Assembly (NCBI GenBank): GCA_021773115.1
Contig: JAJFKS010000006.1
Span: 375,266 to 439,265, forward strand
Source of the DNA: Woeseiaceae bacterium
GTDB lineage: Bacteria; Pseudomonadota; Gammaproteobacteria; Steroidobacterales; Woeseiaceae
Length of the DNA: 64,000 nucleotides
Direction of reading: 5' to 3'
Shown: positions 29,733 through 39,285 of the stretch, piece by piece
How positions within the stretch are numbered: position 1 is the first letter of the stretch
Layout of the letters: each line of letters opens with the position of its first letter
Notes under the pieces: generated by a model
The model's input: the letters and a program-made list of their open reading frames with translations, nothing else
The model's database searches: none
Told to the model about the DNA's origin: nothing
Translations under genes and position numbers: made by a program

Positions 29733-31160
29733 TTACATCTGGCCGGCTTTTTTGTGTGTCAGGAAGCTGACCCCGTACGTGAGCACGAAACCGGCGATAA
29801 AGCCGGGAATTGCTTCATAGAGCCCGTAGCTCGATTTGAAGAACATCAGCCAGATGACGCTGGTCAGGAATCCACCCGACATGCCCGCGAGGACACCCGC
29901 CCAGGTGACACGCTTGTAATAGAGCAGCCCGACCACCGCCGGACCAAACGCAGATCCAAGCCCCGACCAGGACGCCAGCACAAAATCAAAAATGACCCGC
30001 GGTTCCTGAATACCGAGAATGACCGCGACGATACCGATCACGACAGTCAGCAGCTTGCCGTAATTCGACAACGTCGCCTCACTTTTCCTTGTGCCGATTA
30101 TTTTCTGGTAGGTGTCACGAACGACCGAGGATGACGCAAGCAGCAACAATGAATCGACTGTCGACATAATCGCGGACAGAACGACGACCATCAACAAGCC
30201 GGCAATAATCGGCGGAAACAGGTTGTTCGACAGCACTGGAAATATGGTTTCAGGATCCTCGAGACCGGGAAATAGCGCGCGACCTGCAACACCTGCAGTA
30301 ACCGCACCCGCGGTAAAGAACAGCATCACCGACAACGAGACAATCCGTGCCTTCCTGATTTCGCCATCGTCGCGCGCTGACATGTAGCGGATCAGCAGCT
30401 GCGGTACGCCCATGAAAGGCAATCCGATCGCGATGAAACTGGCGATCGCAATCCAGGCCGATTTGCCCGAAGCGGAAACCGCCATCATGTCCATCAGGGT
30501 CGGATCCTGTAGCGCCAGATTGTTCTGAACTTCGCTCCAGCCGCCGGAGGCATAAATCGCTGCGGCTGGCACTGCAATCAGCCCGAGCAACATCAACACG
30601 CCTTGCACAACGTCGGTGTAGCAAACCGCCTTGTAGCCACCGACGAAGGTATAGCCAATAATAAAAATGGATCCGACAATAACGCCGGTCGCGTAGTCCA
30701 TGCCCAGGAAACTGCTGAATGCCTTACCGGATGCAACCATCTGCGCGGTCACATAGGCCGTCACCATGACCAGAATAATCAGCACCGAGACACCGCGAAT
30801 CAGGTTCCATCTGTCTTCGAATTTGGCGACCAGCACGTCCGGCACTGTTATCGCGTCCACCTCGTCACTGAATTTTTTCAGGCGGCGGGCAACGATCCAC
30901 CAGGCCGCAGCAATGCCCAGAAACTCACCGGCGACGACCCAGTACGCCTGTACACCGACGGCGTAGCCCATGCCCGACAGACCCAGCAACAGCCAGCCGC
31001 TTTCGCCCGTCGCATTGGTGCTAAATGCGACCACCCAGAACGGCAGCTTTTTATTGGCCAGATAGTAGCCGGACAAGGTATGCGTTTCGCGGCGACTCCA
31101 GATAGCCAGTGCGGCCAGGATGCCCAGGTATACAACGAGAACTGCTACGGTAGTCGACAT
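29733..31160 (-). CDS. sodium:solute symporter family transporter (PutP/PanF-like)
   Basis: 475 aa with about 13 TM and SSF-type blocks (GYYLANKKLPFWVVAFSTNATGESGWLLLGLSG, GGYKAVCYTDVVQG). It lies 9 nt after the metalloprotease gene. Confidence 0.8.
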   Translation of the reverse strand: MSTTVAVLVVYLGILAALAIWSRRETHTLSGYYLANKKLPFWVVAFSTNATGESGWLLLGLSGMGYAVGVQAYWVVAGEFLGIAAAWWIVARRLKKFSDEVDAITVPDVLVAKFEDRWNLIRGVSVLIILVMVTAYVTAQMVASGKAFSSFLGMDYATGVIVGSIFIIGYTFVGGYKAVCYTDVVQGVLMLLGLIAVPAAAIYASGGWSEVQNNLALQDPTLMDMMAVSASGKSAWIAIASFIAIGLPFMGVPQLLIRYMSARDDGEIRKARIVSLSVMLFFTAGAVTAGVAGRALFPGLEDPETIFPVLSNNLFPPIIAGLLMVVVLSAIMSTVDSLLLLASSSVVRDTYQKIIGTRKSEATLSNYGKLLTVVIGIVAVILGIQEPRVIFDFVLASWSGLGSAFGPAVVGLLYYKRVTWAGVLAGMSGGFLTSVIWLMFFKSSYGLYEAIPGFIAGFVLTYGVSFLTHKKAGQM

Positions 31161-31169
31161 CGGAGTCCC

Positions 31170-33599
31170 TTACGGGTGGGAGCCGGACTGGAACGAGCCA
31201 ATGGGCGATCCGGGCGGAATGGTAACCGGCGACAATGCATTGATCTGTGCCGGATCGGCAAGCAATCGATCGATTTCGAAGCGTGCAAAGCGATAATGAG
31301 CGTTCCACACATCGGATTTTGGCGCCTGGCGCTGCAACCAGTCGGACAACTCATTGATCGAGGCCAAAGCGATCGCCCGGACGTCGCCATCGGCCCTGGC
31401 GTCAAGAGCCAGCCCGAGCAAGGCGTGCAGCACCTGCATATTCGTCTGCCTCTGGATCGCAGCGAGCATGCCGTTGCTGGCCGGTTTTGCACGCCAGCTA
31501 GCCTGCATCAGGCCGCGCGTCACTGCTGAAAATCCGGGCGCATCGTTTTGCATTAAGCGCGCCGCACGTGACGGCTCGAGCAGGACGTTTAGCGTCATCG
31601 CGACCGCACTGGCGGCAGGTGCCCTGGCATCGAACACCACACCCGTCTTGCCGCTGAATGTCTCACGGGATTTCTGGTTGCCCGGCGGTCGCGGCGCGAT
31701 CAAGGCGATGATCCTGTCCGGCAGCTTTAGCGTTTCGGCGTCGATCGATGCGAGTAGCGCGTCAATGGCCTGCTGCTGTCGTCTCGCAGAGACCGGGCGC
31801 GGTAATGTCTGGCCGTCGCCGCGCAGCTTATAGTTGAAATATTGGCCACCCACCAACTTGCCGACAGCCTCGATTTGAAAGCGATGCAACAGGTAGATCG
31901 GAACCAGCACTTCCTCGATCGTCGCAAGCGGCCGGCCGAGGCGAATCGTCTTTGCGGAGAAATTGTTCAACGCGATTTGCCGAACCTGCATCAGGTGCTC
32001 AAGTTCTTCGATCGCGTCCTTGCCATTCTCCCAGAGATTGCCGTCCGGATGCGCCGTCGCAGATGAGCGAGCATCCTCATCGGCAACGTACTTAAAGCCG
32101 GCCGCCAGCGTTTCGACCATGATTTTGTTGCGCTCGACGTTCGCATCAACTCCGTCGGCAAAATCCTGGTACGCGTAAATTACCGTGCGCTTATCCCAGG
32201 ACCCGATCTTGTCGTCATACGCCTCGCTTAAATCGAGCGAGCCGTCGTCGCGAATCTTGATCATTGGAACCGGGTAGTCCATCACCGAAGAACGATCCTG
32301 AGTACTCGCCGCGAAATTGTGCTCGAAGCCGATCGTGTGTCCAACTTCATGCGCGGACAGTTGCCGGATGCGCGCCAATGCCATTTCGATCATGTCCGGA
32401 GGTACCGTTTCGTCAGTGTATGGCGCGAGCAAGCCTTCAGCGATCAGGTAGTCCTGGCGGACTCGCAACGAACCGAGCGACACGTGTCCTTTGAGAATCT
32501 CACCGGTACGCGGATCAGTGACCGAATCGCCATAGGACCAACCGCGCGTGGAACGGTGCACCCACTGGATAAGGTTGTAACGGACATCCATAGGGTCCAC
32601 GCCCTCGGGCAACAATTTCACCTGGAACGCATCCTTGTATCCCGCGGCCTCGAATGCCTGATTCCACCATCTCGCGCCGTCAAGCAATGCCGAGCGCACG
32701 GGTTCCGGGGCACCGCGATCGAGGTAATAGATGATCGGCTCGACCGCTTCGCTGACTGCCGCCGCAGGATCCTTCTTCTTCAGACGATGCCTGCGGCCGT
32801 AATCCGTCGTCAGGTCGTCGCCTATGGCGGTTGCGTAGTCACTGAAACCTCCTGCATTCCAACGCAGGCCGATAACACCGGCTCGGGGGTCGTAAGCCAA
32901 AGCTTCGTAATCGTCATCCGGCAAACGAATGAAGGAGTGATGCACATGGACAGTGACCGCCCGCGCATCCGGTGCCACGCTCGGCAGGTATCGGCCGCTG
33001 GGCTCACCGACCAGGCTTACGATCGCTTCGGCTTCGGAATTGTCGGGAAACACCTTGGTTCGGGGCATGTAAATTGCGGACCGTGACGCATCGACGGAAT
33101 ACGCACCTTCACCGGCCGCGCTGAGGCGCTGGGCAATGCCGTGCGCGTCGCGCACAACAAACTCGGTGAGATCGATGATCGTTCGTTCTGGTGCCGTGTC
33201 GAGGTCTTCAAAGCCCCAGATCACCGATCGTGCAAAACTTTCTTCGACGGCCTGTTTTTCATCGGTGTTATCGCTATTGGCCCGAAACGTGAGATTGTCT
33301 TCGACCAACAGCACTTTCGGGCCGCTTTTGACGAAGCGCACAATCCGGGTGGCCCCGAGCTGACCACGATCGAGGCCTAAGTCGTTGGAGCCAACGCCAC
33401 GTGCCAGTGACGACTGATAGATTAGCGGCTGATCGAGCGACCCCGTATCAAGTAACACACGACCGCTATCCTCATCCCAGTAAAAATCAAGAAACCCATC
33501 CAGGTGCTCGTACGCACCAAGGTCCAGTGAGTCCTCTGCGTTGACGATCTGGAATGCACCGACAGCAATGAATACGCTTAGATAAAATCGACGAAGCAT
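31170..33599 (-). CDS. secreted zinc-dependent metalloprotease (Met-zincin; DUF5117/DUF4953-type architecture as I recall it)
   Basis: Start at Met18 (ATG 33597-33599) gives the signal peptide MLRRFYLSVFIAVGAFQIVNA. Zincin motif SAHEVGHTIGFEHNF. About 809 aa. Confidence 0.75.
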   Translation of the reverse strand: MLRRFYLSVFIAVGAFQIVNAEDSLDLGAYEHLDGFLDFYWDEDSGRVLLDTGSLDQPLIYQSSLARGVGSNDLGLDRGQLGATRIVRFVKSGPKVLLVEDNLTFRANSDNTDEKQAVEESFARSVIWGFEDLDTAPERTIIDLTEFVVRDAHGIAQRLSAAGEGAYSVDASRSAIYMPRTKVFPDNSEAEAIVSLVGEPSGRYLPSVAPDARAVTVHVHHSFIRLPDDDYEALAYDPRAGVIGLRWNAGGFSDYATAIGDDLTTDYGRRHRLKKKDPAAAVSEAVEPIIYYLDRGAPEPVRSALLDGARWWNQAFEAAGYKDAFQVKLLPEGVDPMDVRYNLIQWVHRSTRGWSYGDSVTDPRTGEILKGHVSLGSLRVRQDYLIAEGLLAPYTDETVPPDMIEMALARIRQLSAHEVGHTIGFEHNFAASTQDRSSVMDYPVPMIKIRDDGSLDLSEAYDDKIGSWDKRTVIYAYQDFADGVDANVERNKIMVETLAAGFKYVADEDARSSATAHPDGNLWENGKDAIEELEHLMQVRQIALNNFSAKTIRLGRPLATIEEVLVPIYLLHRFQIEAVGKLVGGQYFNYKLRGDGQTLPRPVSARRQQQAIDALLASIDAETLKLPDRIIALIAPRPPGNQKSRETFSGKTGVVFDARAPAASAVAMTLNVLLEPSRAARLMQNDAPGFSAVTRGLMQASWRAKPASNGMLAAIQRQTNMQVLHALLGLALDARADGDVRAIALASINELSDWLQRQAPKSDVWNAHYRFARFEIDRLLADPAQINALSPVTIPPGSPIGSFQSGSHP

Positions 33600-33698
33600 G
33601 CGTTCCCCCCTGAAAATACTGGTCGCTACTATAAGCGCTGCGATACGCAATTTGCCAACGAATGTTGACGCACTATTAACGCTCAGACCATCGGCGAA

Positions 33699-34427
33699 TC
33701 AGGAGGGACGCGTAATTCGCCCGGCAATGATACCGGCAATCATCAGGAACAGACCCATTCCCAGCAGGTACTCGGGGAATGACTTTGTAATACCGCAATA
33801 GTAGATGCCGGCTATCGCCAAAGCCTGGAACCCGTTAATAAAATTGTTCGCGCGACGTTTCGCTTTCGGGAAACGAATCCTGGACACCATCAGCAAGGCC
33901 AGTACAAACATCAGGATTGGGAAATACAGTTGCAGCGGTAAAACGCTTGCGATGTCTTCGTGATAAATCAGGACCAGCACAATGGACGAAACGAGGCCGC
34001 CGCCCGTCGCGGTAATCGGTACGCCTTTGAACCAACCGTCGGTGACCTCTTCTGAGGTCAGGTTAAAGCGCGCCAGCCGCATCGCGCCGGCAAGAACAAA
34101 TACTCCGATCGCCACTAGCAAGACCCAGAATTGCCCGGTATCGTATTCAATCCCTCCAATTTGCAAACCGGCGTTCAGCACCAGAACCGCAGGCGCAACA
34201 CCGAAAGCCACCAGGTCCGCCATCGAGTCGAATTCAGCGCCGAAATGCGAGGTTGCCTTTAGCAACCTCGCCGAAACGCCGTCCATAACATCGAGCAATC
34301 CGCACCAGACAATAAACCAGGCTGCCAGCTCCAGATCACCAATTTGTGTCGTGACTATCGAGGCGACACCGAGCAACAGACTCAGTGCCGTAAAACTGTT
34401 CGGAATGGTGTAACGCAGAATACTCAA
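33699..34427 (-). CDS. pssA: CDP-diacylglycerol--serine O-phosphatidyltransferase (CDP-alcohol phosphatidyltransferase type)
   Basis: DVMDGVSARLLKATSHFGAEFDSMADLVAFG matches D-G-x2-A-R-x8-G-x3-D-x3-D. 242 aa, polytopic. Confidence 0.8.
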   Translation of the reverse strand: MSILRYTIPNSFTALSLLLGVASIVTTQIGDLELAAWFIVWCGLLDVMDGVSARLLKATSHFGAEFDSMADLVAFGVAPAVLVLNAGLQIGGIEYDTGQFWVLLVAIGVFVLAGAMRLARFNLTSEEVTDGWFKGVPITATGGGLVSSIVLVLIYHEDIASVLPLQLYFPILMFVLALLMVSRIRFPKAKRRANNFINGFQALAIAGIYYCGITKSFPEYLLGMGLFLMIAGIIAGRITRPS

Positions 34428-34497
34428 ATACTAGTCCCCGCCGTCTGGCTATTTTCGCATTGTAGCTGACGCAGGCCGGATGCGCGCGGGCAGGTCG

Positions 34498-36033
34498 CTA
34501 TTCGACCAGTTCGGCGGAAATAATCTGCGTCGAGCACTTGCTATCTGGCGCCACCGCACGAATGCCGGTATTGATGCTGGCAATTCGACCCGGGTCGATC
34601 TTGCCGCCGATCGACTGTTGTCGCGATACTGGCCGCCCTGATGCGTCGCTGTAGCTGACGACGATGCTGATATTGGTGATCTGCGCACCCGTATCGTTGC
34701 GGATTGATGCGACGATGCTGCCGTCGGCATTATTGCCGCAGGCCGTCGGAATATAGTTGCCCGGATTGGTCGGCAGATCGAGCTTCAGCAATGCCGTGGT
34801 CGCGGCCTTGCCATAATCGCCCCCCGCTTGCGAGACAAGCCTGTAGTGTTCGATCGCCTTCACTTTGTCGCCGCGTTTTGCGGCGATTTTCCCCAATGTG
34901 AAATGTGCCGGCGCAGTCGGCAATAACTCCAGGCTGCGATTTAAGTCGGCTTCGGCACCATCGGTTTGGCCGAGCTCATTTTTGGCGAGGCCGCGTTGTA
35001 GATGATAGTAGAAAAAGTCATCGCGTCGATCGATCGCGCGGTTGTAGTTGGTTATGGCCATGTCGTACCTATCGGCACTCAGGCGAACGTCGCCACGCAA
35101 GGCGTGGAAGTGTGCTTCGCGGTCATAGAGATCCAGCGCCTTGTTCGCCAGCGCCAGGGCCTCGTCCGTTTTTTTCTCGGACAGGGCTTTGCGACCTTCG
35201 TCATATGCTTTGTACGCCGGTTTTGTACTCATGGTCTGCGCCATCGCCGCGCGAAATTCGTCGACGCCCTGCTTGCCGCCACTGGGAAGCGTCCTCGCAG
35301 TGGCTTTATTGGCCTCCACTCGCTCCCGTGATGGCGGGTGGCTGGCAAACAAACCGCTCAACCAGTCCGATTGCCGGCCTTCGCTTAGTCGCACGAAGGT
35401 TTCCTGCAGCGCGACAGCGCCCTGCGGGTCGTAGCCTGCCTTCGACATGTACTGCATTCCGTACAGATCAGACTCCAGTTCAGCACTGCGCCCGTATTTC
35501 GACAGACCCATTTGTGCGAGCAGGTTGGCACCGCCGGCGTACAGGTTGCCGTAGTCGCTATCGCTGCTCGCAATTGCCGTCACCGCGACGCCAACTTGCG
35601 CGATCTGTCCGCGGGATATCTGTTGTGCCGTGTGTCGCGCGGCCGCATGCACCGCCTCATGTCCGAGCACCGCTGCCAGCTCAGCCTCGGAATTGAGCTC
35701 CGTCAGCAAGCCGCGATTGATTGCAATCTTGCCCCCCGGTAAGGCCCAGGCATTGGGTACCGAGTTATTCAGAACCACGAATTCGTACGGCAGTGCCACA
35801 CCACTTTGCGCGGCGACACTGTTACCCACGCGCTGCACGTAGCGTGTCAATTCCGGATCGATGTCGTATTCACCGCCCTGTGACTGTTGCATGGGCTCGT
35901 AGTTTTGCTTGCCCATTTCGAGCTCCGCGGCAGAACTGACCAGAATGAGGTCCCGCTTACCGGTCACCGGGTTAACTGAGCAGCCGGTCAGAAAAATAAG
36001 CAGCAGTGTCAGGTGTAAAATGGTTGTGCGCAT
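34498..36033 (-). CDS. M48-family zinc metalloprotease lipoprotein with TPR region (BepA/YfgC-like) and an extra C-terminal domain
   Basis: Start at Met7 (ATG 36031-36033) gives MRTTILHLTLLLIFLTGC (lipobox). HExxH motif VLGHEAVHAAARH. TPR-like repeats (ALALANKALDLYDREAHFHALRGDV..., YNRAIDRRDDFFYYHLQRGLA...). The tail is about 95 aa and contains two Cys. Confidence 0.8.
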   Translation of the reverse strand: MRTTILHLTLLLIFLTGCSVNPVTGKRDLILVSSAAELEMGKQNYEPMQQSQGGEYDIDPELTRYVQRVGNSVAAQSGVALPYEFVVLNNSVPNAWALPGGKIAINRGLLTELNSEAELAAVLGHEAVHAAARHTAQQISRGQIAQVGVAVTAIASSDSDYGNLYAGGANLLAQMGLSKYGRSAELESDLYGMQYMSKAGYDPQGAVALQETFVRLSEGRQSDWLSGLFASHPPSRERVEANKATARTLPSGGKQGVDEFRAAMAQTMSTKPAYKAYDEGRKALSEKKTDEALALANKALDLYDREAHFHALRGDVRLSADRYDMAITNYNRAIDRRDDFFYYHLQRGLAKNELGQTDGAEADLNRSLELLPTAPAHFTLGKIAAKRGDKVKAIEHYRLVSQAGGDYGKAATTALLKLDLPTNPGNYIPTACGNNADGSIVASIRNDTGAQITNISIVVSYSDASGRPVSRQQSIGGKIDPGRIASINTGIRAVAPDSKCSTQIISAELVE

Positions 36034-36162
36034 ATCAGTATCCCGTTCCAATCAGGCGTCAATTATACAGACGACAATCTGAGGCGCAGTGGCTGTGGTG
36101 ACAGCATCGGTACGCTGGCCGACGTTGTGGGCCTCGGCTCGGATAATGCCGGCCGTAAGTCC

Positions 36163-37386
36163 CTAAAAATACCAGGCGAACTGCGCGAATACGTTAGCGT
36201 CGCTCGACAGGTATCGGCTCTGCACAGCAGACGCGGCGCCCCCAAACTCGGTTCCGTCGGGGCCCAATGGCAGGCCGATACTGGCGAGCAAGCTCTTGCT
36301 GTCGGACAAACTGTAGGTTGTCGTTAGCTGCAGCAATCCGCTCGGATCCCCAACATTGAGCAACAAGGTCGGCGAGACTGTCCACAGCGGTGTCACTTCA
36401 ACCAACACGCTGCCCGCAATGTAGTGACGTCCCGCAGCGAAACTTTCGCCACCAACGAGGCGGCGCACAAGATCCGGATTGCCCGCGAGTGAGGCGGGGT
36501 CATAGCGGGAGGGAAACTGCCCGAAGCCGTTGAAGTGGTACTCGAATGAGCCACTCATATTTTTTTCGAATGCGATCCACGAATAACTCAGGTTTAGCGT
36601 CGCTTGTACAACAATGTTTTCTTCGGTGTCAGTTACAACAAAGTCACCACTCAGTGTTGCACCACCGAGTGCGCGGCTCGAACTAATGCCAGCGACAAGG
36701 TCGTCGTAATGATTCGCCAGCAATACGTCGTATTCGCCGGCACCGAGGAAACCATGATATTTCACCGCTGCTGTTGAAAATCTGCTGTCGACATCGCCGC
36801 TAAGCGGATCGCGGCGGATAACGTATGCCACTTGAATATCCGCTCCGGTATTCTGCACATACTGGGCGTACAACATGTCGTCGCCCGCCTTGTATTCTGT
36901 ATCCACCGCCGCCGGATCGAACGGGTTAACCAGGTCCATCGGCGCATAGAACAGGCCGTTGCCCCACGACAACGCCTGGCGCCCGAACCGAACGACGGCG
37001 TGTTCCGAACTGTAACCAATCCACAGGCGGTCGAGTCTGTGAAGCAGTGCGGACCCCCTTCCCTGGTCGAGCGAGGATGTCAGATCAAACAGCCGCCGCT
37101 GATCATCCGGCACGCGTATCGTCTCACCATCCAGTGCGAGAAACTGGTAGTCGCCTACAAACATCCATCCGTGTTGCCGATGCTCGACATTCAAACGCAG
37201 CTCGGCGATGCCATCCAGCGAGTGGCTACCGAATTGATCTCGAAACAAGCTTCCTGAAGGATAAGTCTGGCCGACAAGCCGGAGTTTCGTATGGCCGCCG
37301 AACTCGGTCTTCCCATCCGCCAATGTCAGACACGGAAGAATACAAAGCAATAGAAGGATGCTAGGCCGCACGTTGATCGATGTCAT
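36163..37386 (-). CDS. outer-membrane beta-barrel protein of unknown function (DUF1302/AlgE-like impression)
   Basis: Start at Met15 (ATG 37384-37386) gives the signal peptide ...LLLLCILPCLTLADG. The sequence shows an alternating amphipathic strand pattern, a RFGRQALSWGNG block and a C-terminal aromatic signature FAQFAWYF. It overlaps the ABC ATPase gene by 26 nt. Confidence 0.7.
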   Translation of the reverse strand: MTSINVRPSILLLLCILPCLTLADGKTEFGGHTKLRLVGQTYPSGSLFRDQFGSHSLDGIAELRLNVEHRQHGWMFVGDYQFLALDGETIRVPDDQRRLFDLTSSLDQGRGSALLHRLDRLWIGYSSEHAVVRFGRQALSWGNGLFYAPMDLVNPFDPAAVDTEYKAGDDMLYAQYVQNTGADIQVAYVIRRDPLSGDVDSRFSTAAVKYHGFLGAGEYDVLLANHYDDLVAGISSSRALGGATLSGDFVVTDTEENIVVQATLNLSYSWIAFEKNMSGSFEYHFNGFGQFPSRYDPASLAGNPDLVRRLVGGESFAAGRHYIAGSVLVEVTPLWTVSPTLLLNVGDPSGLLQLTTTYSLSDSKSLLASIGLPLGPDGTEFGGAASAVQSRYLSSDANVFAQFAWYF

Positions 37387-38053
37387 CGACAATTTTTCCG
37401 TCCAGCATCCGTACGAGGCGCTTTGCATATTGCATCACGCGCGTGTCATGCGTCGCAATGACAAAAGTCGTGTTGTAGTGCTCATTCAGCTCGGTAAACA
37501 ACGTCATCAATTCATCCGATGTTTTCGAATCGAGGTTTGCGGTTGGCTCGTCAGCCAGTACCAGCGCCGGCTTTGATGCGATAGCCCGAGCAACTGCGAC
37601 CCGTTGCTGCTGCCCACCGGACATTTCTGCGGGCCTGCGGTCTTCGAGTCCCTGCAGGCCCACTTCTGTCAGTATGGCATTCGCTTTATCGGCGCTGTCG
37701 TGCTTCAGAACACCCTGTACCTGCATAACGAATTCGACATTTTCCCGTGCCGTCAGGACTGGAATCAGGTTATAGGCCTGGAACACGAAACCAATTTTTC
37801 GGAGGCGCAATTCGGCAAGATCACCCTTCGAAAGATTGTCGATCCGCTGATCGTCGATATAGACCTCTCCACTATCCGGGATATCGAGGCCACCGATCGC
37901 ATTGAGCAGGGTCGTCTTGCCACCCCCGGATGGTGCTGACAGGCAAACGAAACCGCCTTCTGCGATGTCGATGCTCACATGATCGAGCGCCTTAATATCG
38001 ACATCACCCTGACGATAGGTCTTGCACAAATTTATGCATCGAACAGCTGTCAT
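37361..38053 (-). CDS. ABC transporter ATP-binding protein (LolD/MacB/FtsE-type)
   Basis: Walker A APSGGGKTT, Q-loop, signature MSGGQQQRVAVARA and Walker B LVLADEPT. 230 aa. Confidence 0.9.
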   Translation of the reverse strand: MTAVRCINLCKTYRQGDVDIKALDHVSIDIAEGGFVCLSAPSGGGKTTLLNAIGGLDIPDSGEVYIDDQRIDNLSKGDLAELRLRKIGFVFQAYNLIPVLTARENVEFVMQVQGVLKHDSADKANAILTEVGLQGLEDRRPAEMSGGQQQRVAVARAIASKPALVLADEPTANLDSKTSDELMTLFTELNEHYNTTFVIATHDTRVMQYAKRLVRMLDGKIVDDIDQRAA

Positions 38054-38055
38054 CG

Positions 38056-39285
38056 TTAAACCTTTGTAATTGCTTCCACCGGTTCATAGCGCGACGCGCG
38101 CCATGCGGGTGAAATACTGGCGAGAAACCCGAGTACCAACACGATCGTGCTGGCCAGGACCATGTCTCCGACGTGAAATTTTGGATAAAGAACGCTCGAA
38201 GCACCCATCATTTCCATACCCTCAGCGACGATGGAGATATCGATACCGCCCTGCAGTGGCAGTATCGTTGCCCAGGCAAGAAAATTGCCGATCGTGAGTC
38301 CCAGGGTCAGCAATAGCATCGACTCGATAATTATCTGGCCTACGATACTTGCGGGCTTCATGCCCAGGGCCAGCATCAGGCCGATTTCACGGACGCGCTC
38401 GAAAACGGCCATGACAAGTGTATTGACCAGTCCAAATGAGAGTGCGAGGAAGATTACGATGATCCAAACAAACACAAAACCGTCCATGGTTTTCAGCATT
38501 GTGCCGAGGTAGCTATCGATCTCATACCAGCGCTGCACCGAAACCGAATCATCGAGTGCACCGGAAACGGCATCATAGAGTGCCTCAACATTTCGGTAGT
38601 CATCGCCAAAGAAGACGGCTTCAGTGCTTGCATCGCCTATGCGAAGTAGTGACTGCGCTGTGGATTTGCCTACATACGCGTAGGCCTCCTCTACAGAAAC
38701 CGGATCCGCCGTATACAAGCCGACGACGCGAAACCCACGATCTGCGATTTCGTTCTCCGGGTCCTGACTCATGATCACGATTCGTTTTCCGGTTTCCGTG
38801 TCGAGCGTGGCGGCCAACTTCTTGCCGATGACGATGCCGTTATCGTTAGCGTCCTCAAGGAATCGACCCTCGACATCCGCGTAATCGAAGAACGAAAAGC
38901 CTTGTTCTGCCGACGGGTCGATTCCCAACAACGTCACCGCGCGCGATTCGCGTTCGCTGCTGATGACGGCTGGCACGCGCACTCGGCTGGCCCATTGGCC
39001 GAATTCCCCCCCCGCAAATTTCTCTCCAAGTGCAGCATCAGAGTACGGCAGCGGATTATTGATGCTGGGATCATCGAGAAAGTCGGGATGATGCACCTGA
39101 ACGTGACCGGGAAGCACGTTGATGCTGTCGTTGATCATTTGATCGACCATACCCCGCGTGAGCGACGTCATGAAAATCATCGCCCAGACACCGACTGCAA
39201 TAGCACTGAGCATGATGAACGTGCGCCGATGATTGCGCCACAAATTGCGCCACGCCAGCCGAAAAAGAATCGCCGCTAGTCGCAT
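38056..39285 (-). CDS. FtsX-like ABC permease, LolC/LolE-like architecture (copy 2)
   Basis: 409 aa: TM1, an approximately 200-aa periplasmic domain, then three C-terminal TMs. ATGA overlap with the upstream paralog. Confidence 0.8.
   Translation of the reverse strand: MRLAAILFRLAWRNLWRNHRRTFIMLSAIAVGVWAMIFMTSLTRGMVDQMINDSINVLPGHVQVHHPDFLDDPSINNPLPYSDAALGEKFAGGEFGQWASRVRVPAVISSERESRAVTLLGIDPSAEQGFSFFDYADVEGRFLEDANDNGIVIGKKLAATLDTETGKRIVIMSQDPENEIADRGFRVVGLYTADPVSVEEAYAYVGKSTAQSLLRIGDASTEAVFFGDDYRNVEALYDAVSGALDDSVSVQRWYEIDSYLGTMLKTMDGFVFVWIIVIFLALSFGLVNTLVMAVFERVREIGLMLALGMKPASIVGQIIIESMLLLTLGLTIGNFLAWATILPLQGGIDISIVAEGMEMMGASSVLYPKFHVGDMVLASTIVLVLGFLASISPAWRASRYEPVEAITKV

Noticed and set aside
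37361-38053. Apparent non-canonical Walker A (APSGGGKTT) in the Lol-like ATPase.
   Set aside because: The P-loop consensus allows Ala at the first position ([AG]-x4-G-K-[ST]). The signature and Walker B motifs are intact, so there is no evidence of degeneracy.
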